Assembly: GCF_004010195.1 (NCBI RefSeq)
Contig: NC_057720.1
Span: 22,286,243-22,350,242 of the forward strand
Source: Chiloscyllium plagiosum
Lineage: Eukaryota
DNA: 64,000 bases
Reading direction: 5' to 3'
Position numbers and translations under genes: made by a program
Shown here: in pieces, positions 12,390 to 25,283 of the stretch
How positions within the stretch are numbered: position 1 is the stretch's first letter
Layout: the number at the start of each line of letters is the position of its first letter
Notes under the pieces: generated by a model
The model's database searches: none
Seen by the model: the letters and a program-made list of their open reading frames with translations, nothing else
Told to the model about the DNA's origin: nothing

Positions 12390-13870
12390 ACCCCAGAGGT
12401 CTGGACTGGAACCACTGATTTTTTTTTCATAAAATGAATAATCTAGATTTGAGTACAATTTAAAAATTTGCTAAGGACACAAAACTTGCAGCATTGGGAA
12501 CTTTGAGGTGAAAAATTATTAACTTCAAGAGGACTTAGACTCGTGGAATGGATGGATAAGTGGCAGATTAAATGTAATGTAGGGAATTGTGAATGTGATA
12601 CGTTTTGTTAAGTAAAATGAGACGAGGCAATATAGTCTAAAGAGTACAGTCCTAAAGGATGTGGGGAGGGACTGCTCTCAGAACAAAAACTGAATACATA
12701 CACTAACCTTGAAATCAGAAACATAACTGGACTCGTTGTCTAAACGCAATGGCTACAAAAGCAGGTGAGAGGCTAGGAATGCTGCAGCGAGTAATTCACC
12801 TCCTGACTCCTCAAAGCCTGTCCATCAGCTCCGAGGCACAAGTCAGGATTGTGATGGAATACTCCCACCTAGCTTGGATGAGTACAGCTCCACCAACACT
12901 CAAGAAGCTTGACACCAAACAGGATAATGAAGTAACTCCATTGACATCATATCCAGAAGAATCCACTCCCTCCACCACCAAAGCTTCGTAGCAGCAGTGT
13001 ATACAATCTACAAGATGCATAGCAGAAATTCACCAAAGATCCTCACACAGCACCTTCCAAGTCTACAACTACTTCCATCTAGAAAGACAAGGGGAGCAGA
13101 CGCATGAGAACACCAGCACTTACCAGTTCCCCTCCGAGTCACTCACTATCCTGACTTGTAAATATATTGCCATTCCTTCACTACTGCTGGATCATAATCC
13201 TGGAATTCCCTCCATAATGGCATTGTGGGTCAACCCACAGCAAGTGGACTGCAGTGGTTCATGAAAGCAGCTCATCACCACCTACTGAAGGGCAACTAGG
13301 AACGGGCAATAAATTTTGGCTGGCCAGCCAGCGACACCCACTTTCAACAGATGAATTTTTAAAAATTGAACATAGCAAGGCCTGTGATAGAAATCCTTAA
13401 ATATTTCTACGAAGCATAGATTTCAAAAACAAGAGTGTTATGACAAACATTCATAGAACATTAGTTTAGCCTTGGCTGAAGTATTGAGTTCAATTCTGGG
13501 TAACACATTTTAGATAGCGGGAAGAATTTGTTACAGTGAAGAAAAGATTTATGAGAATGGTTCCAGGGATGGGTAACTTTAATTATATGCATAGGTTGAA
13601 GAAGCTAGGTCTTCTGAAAAGGAGATTTGACAGTGGTGTCCAAATTCATAAGGGATTGGATACAGCAGATGAAGAGAAACTGTTTCCAGTGATAGTTGAT
13701 CACCAAAGAAGCAATAGCAACATGAGGAAAAAAAACATTTTTTTATTCAGCTAATGGTTAAGGATCAGACTGCACTGGCTGAGACTGGTGGTGACTGACT
13801 CATTTGTGGCTTTCCAAAGAGAATTGGATAAAAACCCAATGAGAGAAAAAAGAACAAATGCAGAGTTCCA
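12390..13870 (+). mobile_element. Old CR1 LINE (RT to 3' end), split by another LINE fragment
   Basis: KFAKDTKL...LQEDLD..WMDKWQ at ~12460-12570; KKRFMRMVPGMGNFNY.HRLKKLGL at 13536-13615. Confidence 0.7.
12690..13365 (+). mobile_element. CR1/L2-group LINE 3' end (second family)
   Basis: ORF 12749-12991 AQVRIVMEYSHLAWMS..TLKKLDT; tail gggcaataaat..gccagcgacaccca; related pieces at 1-200, 13880-14185, 23900-24780, 33570-33910, 62485-62780. Confidence 0.8.
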
Positions 13871-16800
13871 AATCCACCAAGACTCCTTACAAAATAAAAA
13901 TTGCAAACCCACTACCACTGTCATCTAGAAGGACAAGGGCAAGGGATGCATTGGAATATCATCATCTGCAAGTTCCCTCCAAGTCATTCACCAATTTGGC
14001 TTGAAATTATATCACCATTCATTTACTGTCACTGGATCAAAATGCCTCTCCCCAATAGCATTGAGAATGTATCTATGCCACCACAGCATTTAAAAAGACA
14101 GCTCACCACCACCATCTCATGAACAATCAGGGATGGACAGTAGATACTGGCCAAGCCAGTGAAGCCCACATACTCTGAATGAACGAAGAGAAGTGTGGAA
14201 GAATGGAGTGAAGAGAGTTTCACTTGTTGAGAACCAGTAGAGATAGGATGGACTGAATGGCCTCATTCTGTGCTTTAATTAATTTATGAATTTATGAGAT
14301 ACATTACAAAAAGGTATCAAAATGAAGTGTCTCAATCAATTCTTAGATAATATGCAAAAAGTTAAAATACAATTAGAAAGCATAGAACAAAGAATTAAGA
14401 TTATCTCAGCAAAAAGAAATACAAAATGCCATTTTCATTCTCTGATATCTCCATATACCATTAGTAATTATCTTTAGGTAGGTCTATTTTTTGGTTCCAT
14501 AGAAAATCCAGCAGTTGAAGTTCTCTGTTGAACTACGTTCCTAACTTGGTAGCCAAATTTAAAATAATAACCATAATTTCCAATTGACTGGTTTGATCTA
14601 ATCAGAAATGACAGGGAGCAGAAGGTTATGATTGAAACACTGCAACAGGTTCTCGTTGACTGCTTTGATCTGTGTCAAGACCAACAGAGAGGATAGAGGT
14701 ATGGAGATATCATACTTCTCTCAACTATTGAATTCTCACTTTGACTTTCCCTTATGGAAAGTTAGATGTCTCCTGTTTTCCACTCAGATACTTGAGAGAA
14801 ACTAGATAAGCCAAAAGGAGTGGTAGAAATCATTGCATTGGATTTAACATAGGCAGCAGGTGATCTGGGATCAAACTGCGAATAGATTTGATTTCTTACT
14901 GATCTTCATTTAATTGGCTGGGTAATTACAATTCATTTGAAACTTGGTGTGGAAGTAACTGTGAAGAGAGAAACAGAATTAATGTTTTGAGCCTGGTATG
15001 ACTCTCATTCTGAAGAACCAAACTCGAAAGGTTAAATTTGTTTCTCTCTCTATACAAATGCCCCCAGACTTGCTGAGTTTCTGCAGCATTTTGTATTTAA
15101 ATTTTCAGCACTTGCTGTGTCTTGCTTTTAATGGAATTTAGATTTCTGGTTTTAGGTGGTTTTAATGGCTGTGATTATTCAACAATATTCACATTTCTGC
15201 TGACTTTGTCTTTTTAAGTGAAGGTTTAATGGAGCAAATGTTGGAAACATTAGACTATGTTCCATCATTGGGACTATGGAATTATGCAGTTTAAGTGTAA
15301 TCTCATCATACTCATTTCAGGTTCTGCCAGCATGTGGATTTACTTTTGTTTTTGGCTGCTTGCTTTCTACATCTAAATAAACATAGTCACACTTTGAGGC
15401 TTTAAGAAAGTCCAAAATGTAAATACCCAGCTTTAACATGTTGCTAAACTTGATAAAATAAGATCATGTTGGCCTGAGAGAAGCTCGTGTCTGGAGTTTA
15501 CCACTGAATGCATAGCCAAGCTTCATTCTGTAGATACATTGTTGTATTCCCACCTCACATAAATAATAAAAAGGCTACACAAATGCAAGCTATTTCTTAT
15601 TTTCCTTACCAATAGAAAGCCAAGGACAATGACGAAGTACTGGTAAGGAGTGGATAGACCTGTGTTCTTCCTGAGTACCTGGGACTACGGACCAGAGCAG
15701 AACTAAATAATATGACACCAATGGGACAGCAATGCAGTGTGGTGACCCATTATGAAATGGCAAAGGAGCACATTCTGGTCCCAATGACCTGTCTACTTAC
15801 TGACGATTGAGAATACCAGTGGATGAATGGTATAGCTGCCGTGCATCAGCAAATAATTTCAATTCTTTTGACAAAAACAAAAAGCAGCAGCAGATGGTGA
15901 TTGATGAACTGTAAACAAAAGGACTTTATTTGAAGTGTTCTTCTGTCCAAAGAAATTTGGAAAATACATGATCAATTCTTGCCTCAAAATTTCTAGCCAT
16001 GCTTACAATACAGGGCAATTTAGGCACAACTTCATAACTGGAGACGGCTAAAACTTTATTGCAACTCTGGCTATTGAAAATGTATCACAAACTGTCAGTT
16101 TATCAGATTTGTCAGGAATTCTAACAACAATCAGAGAAAACTATTCGAGTGAAAGGTCACAAAATGCTTGCAAAGGTGAAGCAAATAACCTTGTGAGCTA
16201 GACTTACGATGAAAGGACAATGATTTCTAGGAATGATTTGTGACTCACCTTAAATTTATGCATAAAATCCTAATCTCCTTTCAGGAGTTTTGTGATGCAG
16301 AATGCACATTCAAATCCCAGACCAATTGAGGTGTTGATGAAGGGTCCCACTTTCTCAACCTTACCCCTCATCTTGGGTGTGGTGACCCTTAGGTTAAACT
16401 CACCAGCAGTCATCTTTCTCTCTCTCTCTCTCTCTCTCCACCCAGTACGAGAGCTGCCCTATGGTATGGTGACTTTACTTTCAGACTTGAAGAGGTGAGG
16501 AAAGGAAATCTGACAGAAGCTAGATTTGAAGTTAATAACATTCCTAACAGTTTCTGTGGTAATGCTGGTTATAGTTCTGTGGTTATACATATATCTAATG
16601 TCAGTAACTGTTCAAGACAGCAGCTCACCATCGCCTTCGAAAGGACATTAAGAATGGGCAATAAATGTTGTCTCAGCCAGTGATTCCCAAGTCCTTTGAA
16701 TAAGTTCATTAAAAAAAGCATCTAAATAGTTGCAGTAATGTAATAAACACCACCTGACTCTCCTAGGCAGACCAGAAAGTTGGCTATCCATATCCATGTT

Positions 16801-17349
16801 TGGCCACTGTTCGATTGAAGGAACCCACAAACACAACATGATGAGGCAGTGGTGCTATAAATGCATCCGTAATGAAATCTTTCCAACCATTTTGTCCAGC
16901 GTAAGATAAACCATGTTTTTCGTGTTTAATAAACATTATTCTGTGTGTTAGAAGTACAATGGTAAACTCTTGATAATGTGTTCAGTAAATGACTTCTACA
17001 CTTCTTTGAAAAAAAGGGCAAAGGATGAACAAGCCAGGTTTCAATCTGGGATCTGACTTGTCCAGTATTAATACCAAGTGGGATCATAACAGTAGGCTCA
17101 TAACAAAGGTTAGGGCCTGTGAAAACAGAGGATTAATAGCTAAATGGAAAGCAGATTGGTTAAGAAGATTGGAAAGCAAGCAGAAGGGGTAAAGCATTCA
17201 GATTGGAGAAATCTAGACATCAGGGTTTAACAAAGATCAATGCTGTGGTGGCCATTATAAATAACTTATATTCAGTGTTTGATTTAGGAATAAGCAACTC
17301 ACTGTTAAAATGTACAGGTGATAGGTACAGTTGCCACTGAAGAACTCAA

Positions 17350-18372
17350 TGGGGAGGCAGTAGTGTGGTGATAATATCAGGATAGTGAAGAAGGCGTTTG
17401 GTATGCTTTCCTTTATTGGTCAGAATGCTGAGTACAGGCGTTGGTAGGTCATGTTGCGGCTGTACAGGACATTGGTTAGGCCACTGTTGGAATATTGCAT
17501 GCAATTCTGGTCTCCTTCCTTTCGGAAAGATATTGTGAAACTTGAAAGGGTTCAGAAAAGATTTACAAGGATGTTGCCAGGGTCGGAGGATCTGAGCTAC
17601 AGGAAGAGACTGAAAAGGCTGGGGCTGTTTTCCCTGGAGCGTCGGAGGCTGAGGGGTGACCTTATAGAAGTTTACAAAATTATGAGGGACATAGACAGGA
17701 TAAATAGACAAAGTCTTTTCCCTGGGGTCGGGGAGTCCAGAACTAGAGGGCATAGGTTTAGGGTGAGAGGGGAAAGATATAAAAGAGACCTAAGGGACAA
17801 CTTTTTCACGCAGAGGGTGGTACGTGTACGGAATGAGCTGCCAGAGGAAGGGGTGGAGGCTGGTACAATTGCAACATTTAAGAGGCATTTGGATGGGTAT
17901 ATGAATAGGAATGGTTTGGAGGGATATGGGCCAGGTGCTGGCAGGTGGGACGAGATTGTCTTGGGATATCTTGTTGGCATGGACGGGTTGAACCGAAGGG
18001 TCTTTTTCCATGCTGTACATCTCTGTGACTCTATCACTGACCTAGTAATACAATGTTCTGAGGGCATGGGTTCAAATCTTTCCATTGTAGGTGGTGAAAT
18101 TTGAATTCAATAAAAATCTGGAATTTTAAAAAAAGTCTAAAGATGATCATATAACCATTACTGTTTAAAAAAAAACCACCTGGTCCACTCATGTCCTCCT
18201 TGCCCACCCTCTTTGAGGGAAGGAAATCTGCCATCCTTACCTGGTCTGGGATACATGTGACTCCAGACCCATTGCAATGTGGTTTATTTTTAACTGCCCT
18301 CTTGGCAATTAGGGATGGGCAAGAAATGCTGGCCTAGCCAGTGATGCACACATCCCATGAACAAATGAAAAA
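17350..18372 (+). mobile_element. tRNA-derived SINE with LINE-like tail, split by a CR1 insertion
   Basis: Head 17350-17379 continues at 18036 (tatca repeated at both junctions); B-box-like gggttcaaatc; tail ttagggatgggcaagaaatgctggcctagccag; other copies at 40060-40430 and 57998-58153. Confidence 0.75.
17380..18032 (+). mobile_element. Young CR1 (HER1-like) LINE 3' fragment
   Basis: Open ORF LYRTLVRPLLEYCMQFWSP..LERVQKRFTRMLPG..GLFSLERRRLRGDLIEVYKIM..RTRGH..FFTQRVV; gactcta tail. Confidence 0.95.
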
Positions 18373-18739
18373 AATTCTAGGGGTGTCAGTCAGTACAAAA
18401 TGCTAACAAATTCCTGTGATTTACTTCTAGGTGCAAAGGTTTCAAAACTAGTGCCATGTCCATTATGTTGGTTAGTCTGTATTTAAAGGATTGTGTACAG
18501 TTCTGGTGTCCACATAAGACACAGTAAAGTGCACCCCAAACATTTTCTACAGTGAACTAATTTTAGAATTTCACAGCATTTTAGAATTTTACAATCCAGA
18601 TAGAGGCCACTAGACCATCATGTTTGTAATGGCCCTCGGAAAAGCTATCCAACTAGCCCCATTCTCCAGCCCTATTTCCACACTCTGGTAAATTAATCAC
18701 TTTCAAGTCTATATCCAGCTTTCTTTTGAAACCTCCTGA

Positions 18740-19165
18740 AATGACAGCCAGACTACTGCAACCACTAGGACTTATAACAGCACACAAACCAACAGCCACT
18801 CAGGTCTGTGTGTTTGTTGATGGAGTTTGTGGATGTGCCATGCTTCTAGGAATTCCCTGGCAAGCCAGACAGAGAACAGCCAGGGAATTCCTAGAAGAAT
18901 GTCACTCATCCACAACTCCATCAACAAACACATTGACCTGGACCCAATATACCGGCCACTACAGCGGACAGCTGAAACTGACAACCGGAAGCGGCAGGGA
19001 CAGGCCACTATAAATGCCGGAGGAAACACCACAGAAGCGCTTCACAGGAGGCACTGAGGATGTCACCTAGACAGGGGACGAAACGTTTGCAACAAAAACT
19101 TCCAGCTCGGCGAACAGAACCACAGCAATGAGCACCCGAGCTACAAATCTTCTCACAAACTTTGA
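18740..19165 (+). mobile_element. PLE family B 3' fragment inserted into a minus-strand CR1 tail (18570-19290)
   Basis: QARQRTAREFLE..NSINKHIDLDPIYRPLQ (GIY-YIG C-terminus); aacctcct duplicated at both ends; short internal inversion at ~18800-18860. Confidence 0.85.
19054..19088 (+). ncRNA. Minimal hammerhead ribozyme motif (intact core)
   Basis: CUGAGGA-u-GUCACCU-agac-AGGGGAC-GAAA-CGUU. Confidence 0.6.
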
Positions 19166-19809
19166 ACCTCCTATGGAATCTGCCTCCACCATTCTCTGAG
19201 GAAGCATATTCCGAATCCTAACCACTCTCTGAGTAAAGAGGTTTCTCCTCATCTCACTCCTAGTTCTTTTGCTGACAATTTTGAAATTGTATCAAAAACA
19301 AAAATTTCTGGAAGAACTCAGCAAGTCTGGAAGCATCTGTGCAGAGAAAGCAGAGTTTCCGGTCCAGAGACCCTTCTTCAGAAGATAATGCTCGATCCAC
19401 TGAGTTTTTCCAGCAATTTGTGCTTTTTTTATTTCCAGCACCCATGGTTCTTTGGTTTCCTTCAAATTGTGACTATTAGTTACTGAATCTTGTGTGATAA
19501 CTGCTCAGACCTGTTACAGTGGTTGGGGTGGAGTGAGGTGTGGGGGTTGGGGAGAGATAGTTGGAGAAGGTGGGTAGTGTGTGGGGTAGAAGGTAGGAGA
19601 GGAGCAAAATATAGCGTTAGATATCAATGTGGCCAAGTAGCCAACAATTTAAGCACCTAGGCCCAACATAAGATTGGCTAAACAGTTTCTGCAAGCAAGG
19701 CCTGATGGGATGTAAAGGGACCAGGTTACCAGGGGTCAAATGCAAATAAGCATCAGCCAAGACCTGTTTTGCATATTAACAGAGATAGTCAGCATTACCA
19801 ATGGAGAGT

Positions 19810-20631
19810 TGTTATGATCCAAAAAGCATTAAGTAGTATTTAGGCAGAACGAGAGGGTGAGACATTGTATTTGTAGGATGGGTACTGCAAAGGTGACCTG
19901 CCTACCCTCATTGGGCGCTCTGACACCTGCCCTGTGACCCCATTGGCTGAAGTTAGAGGAAAGGTGTTGTGAAACTTGAAAGGGTTCAGAAAATATTTAC
20001 AAGAATGTTGCCAGGGTTGGAGGATTTGAAAAGGGTTTGGAGGGATATGGGCCGGGTGCTGGCAGGTGGGACTAGATTGGGTTGGGATATCTGGTCGGCA
20101 TGGACAGGTTGGACCAAAGGGTCTATTTCCATGCTGTACACCTCTATGACTCTATGACTCTATAAGATTCCAGAAGAACTCAGAAAGAAGATACAGCTGG
20201 TGGCCATTTCCTCAGCAAAAACTGAGCCAATGAAGACTCTGTGTGAGATCCACCTTTGTACTAAGAAGATCCTGAGTACCTTGTTGATGGAGCTCAGTGA
20301 ATTGGATGTGGCAGCCACAGCGGGTAGTACAGCAGTCAGCCTAGTTTGGGAACAGTTAATTTAATTTGTGTACGATTTATTTTCTTTAACTTGTGAGTGT
20401 TTTAATAAAACTAAGTTTGAACCACAGTCATTTGTTTGCCTCAGACAGTAACAGGGTAAATGCCTTTTATGAGTAATAAACTGGCCAAAATGTCTATACA
20501 GAATATTTCGCAGGCAACAATGGGTAGGGATGGGTGGGAATGAGAGATCTGGGACGGTTGTGGTTGGGTGGTAGTTTACATAGACAGTGTGAGACCTGAG
20601 ATCAGGGAGGGATGGAGCTGTTTTAACCACA
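19810..20631 (+). mobile_element. Solo LTR containing a CR1 fragment
   Basis: TGT...ACA termini; 5-bp TSD agagt at 19805-19809 and 20632-20636; attgg (CCAAT) boxes near 19911 and 19942; AATAAA at 20404 and 20475. Confidence 0.75.
19964..20162 (+). mobile_element. Internally deleted CR1 3' end
   Basis: Matches 17532-17595 joined directly to ~17910-18032; (ctatgact)n tail. Confidence 0.9.
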
Positions 20632-21251
20632 AGAGTTTATAATTAAAACGTTTTCCACCAAGTTTAGGAGGCTAAGATTCAGGGTTCATGGATCAACCCG
20701 ATAGGCCACACATAAAAAAAAACTGCGAATATTTGAAGGGTTAATTAAGCTTTTATTACTCGGATGGAACATTACAACAATTACTGTTGATGCAGAGGTT
20801 AAGGTTCCAGACTTTCAGCTGAAAATCTCACTGGGGAGCCATGACCCACAGCCTGAGAACACTTGACAAAGAATCACCCAGAACATAATCGCTCAGGGCA
20901 GTGACCCAATCCACCACTCAGAAAGCTTGGAGCAGTCCTAATGCGAATATTTCAGTAAGGCTTGGCTGAATTAAATGTTAAAAATCACACAATACCAGGT
21001 TATAGTCCAACAGGTTTATTTGGAAGCACTAGCTTTCAGAGCACCGTTCCTTCATCCGGTATTAACTATGCAGATATCCAACTGCAACAAGACCTTTGTG
21101 CCTCTAAGGGTGAGATTTCCAGCAAGAGCTGCCAGTCAGTCAGATGACTGACAGCTCTGACATCCCAGCAGTATTACCAATGATGGCGGGAAAAGACCAT
21201 TATGTGGCCTTTGATTGGGTCTGTGTCCTTCATCTGACCTCTGGAAAGGAA

Positions 21252-21618
21252 CTTCACCAGTTTCCTCTTTTCCCCTCCCCCCCACCTTACTCTAGCTCCA
21301 ACCTTCCAGTTCAGCACCACCCTCATGACCTGCCCCATCTGTCAATCTTCTTCCTTCCCACCTATCCGGTACACCCTCCTCTCTGACCTATCACCATTAC
21401 CCCCACCTCCATCCACCACTCTCAGCTACCTTCCCCCCAGCCGCACCCCCCTTCCCATTTATCTCTCCATCCCCGAGGCGCCCAGCCTCCTTCCTGATGA
21501 AGGGCTTTTGCCCAAAACGTCGATTTTCCTGCTCCTCGGATGCTGCCTGACCTGCTGTGCTTTTCCAGCGCCATGCTCTTGACTCGAATCTCCAGCATCA
21601 ACAGTACTCACTTTCTCT
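21252..21618 (+). mobile_element. PLE family A 3' end with mutated hammerhead motif
   Basis: 12-bp TSD tctggaaaggaa at 21240-21251 and 21619-21630; ctgatgaagggcttttgcccaaaacgtc at 21494. Confidence 0.85.
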
Positions 21619-22552
21619 TCTGGAAAGGAAGGTCTTTCCCAACCACCAAAGACCCGACATGACCGGAGGAGTCAGAAGGGCAATGGTCACACCCTTCTCT
21701 CCTCCCTCTTACTTTCTTTGCCAATGTTACAGTCCCAATCTCTGCTCCCCACACTCCTCCAGCCTGCTCGCTGGAGTCGGGTGGCAATTAAATTCTACCC
21801 AATGAGTGCAAAATAACTAGTAGAAATAAGAGATTACAACTGTAGGGATAGATTGAACAGGTTGGGGCTTTTTGTTTCTTCAGAAAACAGAACACTCATC
21901 TGTGACCTCTTTGAGACCGTTATGTGACTCAGAAAGTAGTAGGGATGGGGTGGAATGGCCTGTCTGCCGACATTAAGGGCATTTAAATGAGTATTGGACA
22001 TACATATGGTTAAAATGGAACAGTGTATGTTAGATGGGCATCAGATTAATTTCACAGGTCAGCGCAACATCGAGGGCCGAAGGGCCTGTTCTGCGCTGTA
22101 ACGTTTTAAGTTCTATATGCTGCACTTTATAAGTATGAAAAAAATGCTTTCAATTGCGTGAGAATCTAGCCGACGCTGTAAGTACAAGACAGTGACTGAG
22201 AAATCCAAAAAATGAAATTGAAAAAATTCATATTTTCAGGGAGATGTGGAATTCACTACCACAGGAAGTAATTGAGGTAAATAGCTTAAACGTTTTCAAA
22301 AGGAAATGTGACAAGTATATGACAGAAAAGTGAACCGACAGAAATACTGAAAGGGATGAGATAGATGCAATGAGAGGAACTCCCTGTGGAGTTTAAATAC
22401 CAACACAGACTTGTTGGACTGACTGATCGGTATTGGTGATGTATGTTCTATGTAATTCTACGGCTATAAGTGGAGCAGTGAAGACATGCATATGTCAGAT
22501 CGCTCATATCCTGTGGAGCAGAGTAGCCCACTTCATTAGGTTTAGCACAGAG

Positions 22553-23100
22553 TCAGGCATCACAGTGAGAGAGAGAGAGAGAGAGAGAGAAATCAGATAG
22601 TTCTGAGAGATTCCTGGCTCTCCCACTGATGGCACACGGGTTACAGTGAAGATATCCACAGGGTGCCCCTATGTGCAGGTCTGTGTGGCCAGTTTGAAAA
22701 GCCTTTATCTCAACACCTGATGTGCTGGGAGCTGCCATTCTGCCTTTATTCTCTGTCACATCTAGACGATTTCAAGGTTAAAAAAAAAATTGTAAGTGAC
22801 TAAAACACACTCCTGCTGTCATGAGTCCTGCTTCTATAACCCCACTCCAATTCCTCTGAACACAAACAGAAGTGCAATATATTGAAGCACTAATGGTTTA
22901 CAGGCTGGTGCTTGGATGGAATGTCCCACTGTCGAAAGTGTGATTTCAATGACTGAAGAGATCAGCTGCAGATATGCCATTGGAGGTGGCAGTGGAAGTT
23001 GCTGACTCGTGGGAATAAAACATGCTGACAATCTCCAAAGGAATCTTTATTGACTGCTGCAAACAGCAGTCAGAGAGCAGACAGCAGATATACTCCTAAG
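22553..23100. mobile_element. Possible PIF/Harbinger relic: Myb/SANT-like piece (minus) head-to-head with a transposase-like piece (plus)
   Basis: Minus KGRMAAPSTSGVEIKAF resembles RxAPRFSDxELxxL; plus PLEVAVEVA..ISK resembles LPVAVKVT..ISQ; weak by-eye match. Confidence 0.25.
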
Positions 23101-23619
23101 ACTTCATTCGATGATACCATCTACAAGAACAATACAATATATGCCCCTTTTCTATTATTAAAATATTTCCTCAAGCAATCATGACAGTGATAACACACCT
23201 TGGCTTGCGAATAGAGGCAGTGTATACATAAGCAAAAGTTATATCAAATCTTTATATTATGCTGAGTAGGCCCTGTTAGAAGACTGTTTTGTCCAATTCT
23301 AGAACCACAAGTTATCGAAGCATGTCAGAAAAATGTAGGTAGCGTTACTAGAATGACACCAGGAAAGAGGGACAGCAGATAAAAGGAGAGTCTCGAGATG
23401 TTGAGGTTGCATCTCTTAGAGCAAAGATGCTTGTGGAGGGATTTTATGAGTGATGTTGACAAGGTGGGGAGGAAGAGGCCATCTTCTCAAACAAAGCCAG
23501 CATAGGTGGACATGGCTGAGGAACTGAGGAGCAGGAGTCTGGATTCTCCGTACCCCAAGAAGTTCAATGAACCGTGAAGGCCAGAAAAAGTGAGTGGCAT
23601 AATATCTGCAGGTACCAAC

Positions 23620-24780
23620 CCCCAAAATCTTGCTGGTGAATAAATGAGGGAAAAATAAACTTTATCGCATCTTCACAAACTTCCTGCCACTGATGCATCT
23701 GTCCATGAAAGTATTCGTAAAAGTGACCAGGCCATAGTTCTTTTAGAGTTAAATTCCATCCCCACATTGAGAATATCCTCCATCGTGTTGTGTGGCACAT
23801 TCCCCGTACTAAATTGAACAGACTTGGAACAGATCCAGCAACTTGAAGACTGGGAATCCATGAGGCTTTTTTGACCATCAACAGCAGCAGAATTGTACAC
23901 CAGCACAATCTGTAACCTCATGGTCAGGCATATACCCTACTCTGCCATTAATATCAAGCCAGGGGATCAATCCTGGTTGAATCAAGACTGTAGGATGGGA
24001 CATCAAGAACACTAGGCACATTTAAAAATGAGGTGTCAACCTGGTAAAGCTACAAAACATGACTACTTGAGTGCCAAACTGCATAAGCAGCATGTGATGG
24101 ACAGAGCTAAACAATCCCACAATCAATGGAACAGACCAAAACTACTGATCAGACTTGCCAAATCCAGTTGTGAATGGTGGTGGACAATTAAACAGCTCAC
24201 TGAAGGAGGAGTTTCCATGAATATCACTGCCCTCAATGATGAAAGAGCCCAGCACATCAGTGCAAAAGTTAAGGCTAAAGTATTTGTCACAATCTTTAGC
24301 CAGAGGTGCTCACAATCTACTAGGCACAAGTCAGGAGTGTAATGTAATACTCCCCACTTGTTGGATGTGTACACTTCAACAACATGCAAGAAGCTTGACA
24401 TCATCCAAGACAAAGCAGCTTGCCTGGTTAGCACCACATCCACAAATATTCACTCTCTCCATTGCTAAAGCTCAGTAACAACAGTGTGTACCATTTATAA
24501 GATGTATTATAGAAAATGTTTGAGGCTTCTCACATAGCACCTTCTAAACCCATGGTCAATCCCAACTAAAAGAGCAAGGCACCAGATATATGGGAACACA
24601 ATTATCTGCAAGTTCCCCTCTAAGCCATTTGAGCTATACTACCATTCCTTCACTGATGCTGAGTTAAAATCTTAGACTTCTCTTCTAATGGCATTATGGA
24701 TAAACCTGCTTGAAATGAACTGCAGAGGCTCAAGAAGTCAGTTCTAAAGAGAAACCTGAGATGGGCACTATAATGAACAA
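23620..24780. mobile_element. CR1/L2-group LINE pieces in opposite orientations
   Basis: 23620-23900 minus (endonuclease-like); 23900-24780 plus (SSCEWWWTIKQLT.G..AQHISAK.KA..F..IFSQRC, then 3' region). Confidence 0.7.
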
Positions 24781-25064
24781 AAAAAAAATCTGACTTACCC
24801 AGCAATTTCCTGCACAATATTCCTCAGATCAGTATGCCATTCCCTTCGTCTCCAGGCATCACCCCTCATTCTCATCTGAACAAGTGGTGCTAACACTCAC
24901 CTTCACTGCTAGAACATCTTGTAGTTATACTTTAAAATGCTCTTTCACAAATGTTTCCTTCTTGAATCTCTATACACTCTATACCCTCTGGTTTCTCTCC
25001 TTATAGAAATGCTCAGAACTTCAGAGAGTGAGAGATGCCAGGGTTGACCGTATGTAGCCACTTT

Positions 25065-25283
25065 TGAGAGTGCATAGCTGGAAAACACAGCAGGTCAGGC
25101 GGCATCCGAGGAGCAGGAAAATTGACGTTTCAGGCCGGAACCCTTCATCCTTTCCTGATGAAGGGCTCTGGCCTGAAACGTAGATTCTCCTGCTCCTCGG
25201 ATGCTGCCTGACCTGCTGTGCTTTTCCAGCTATACACTCTCAATTCTGATCTCCAGCACCTGCAGATCTCAGTGTCTCCTGGG
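25065..25283. mobile_element. Short palindromic PLE-end insertion
   Basis: 12-bp TSD tgtagccacttt at 25053-25064 and 25284-25295; inverted arms around ~25152. Confidence 0.85.
25155..25182 (+). ncRNA. Minimal hammerhead ribozyme motif (intact core)
   Basis: CUGAUGA-a-GGGC-ucug-GCCU-GAAA-CGUA. Confidence 0.6.

Larger units (their letters stand above)
17090..18530 (+). mobile_element. Ancient CR1 RT relic hosting nested SINE and CR1 insertions
   Basis: 17100-17330 follows the W..WL..KQ...QGSVL..YI.D pattern; resumes at ~18375-18520 (ttggttagtctg...tgtgtacagttctgg, LVRP..CVQFW-like). Confidence 0.5.

Noticed and set aside
17451..18104. 217-aa ORF as a host gene
   Set aside because: It is the C-terminal fragment of CR1 ORF2 reading through into a SINE
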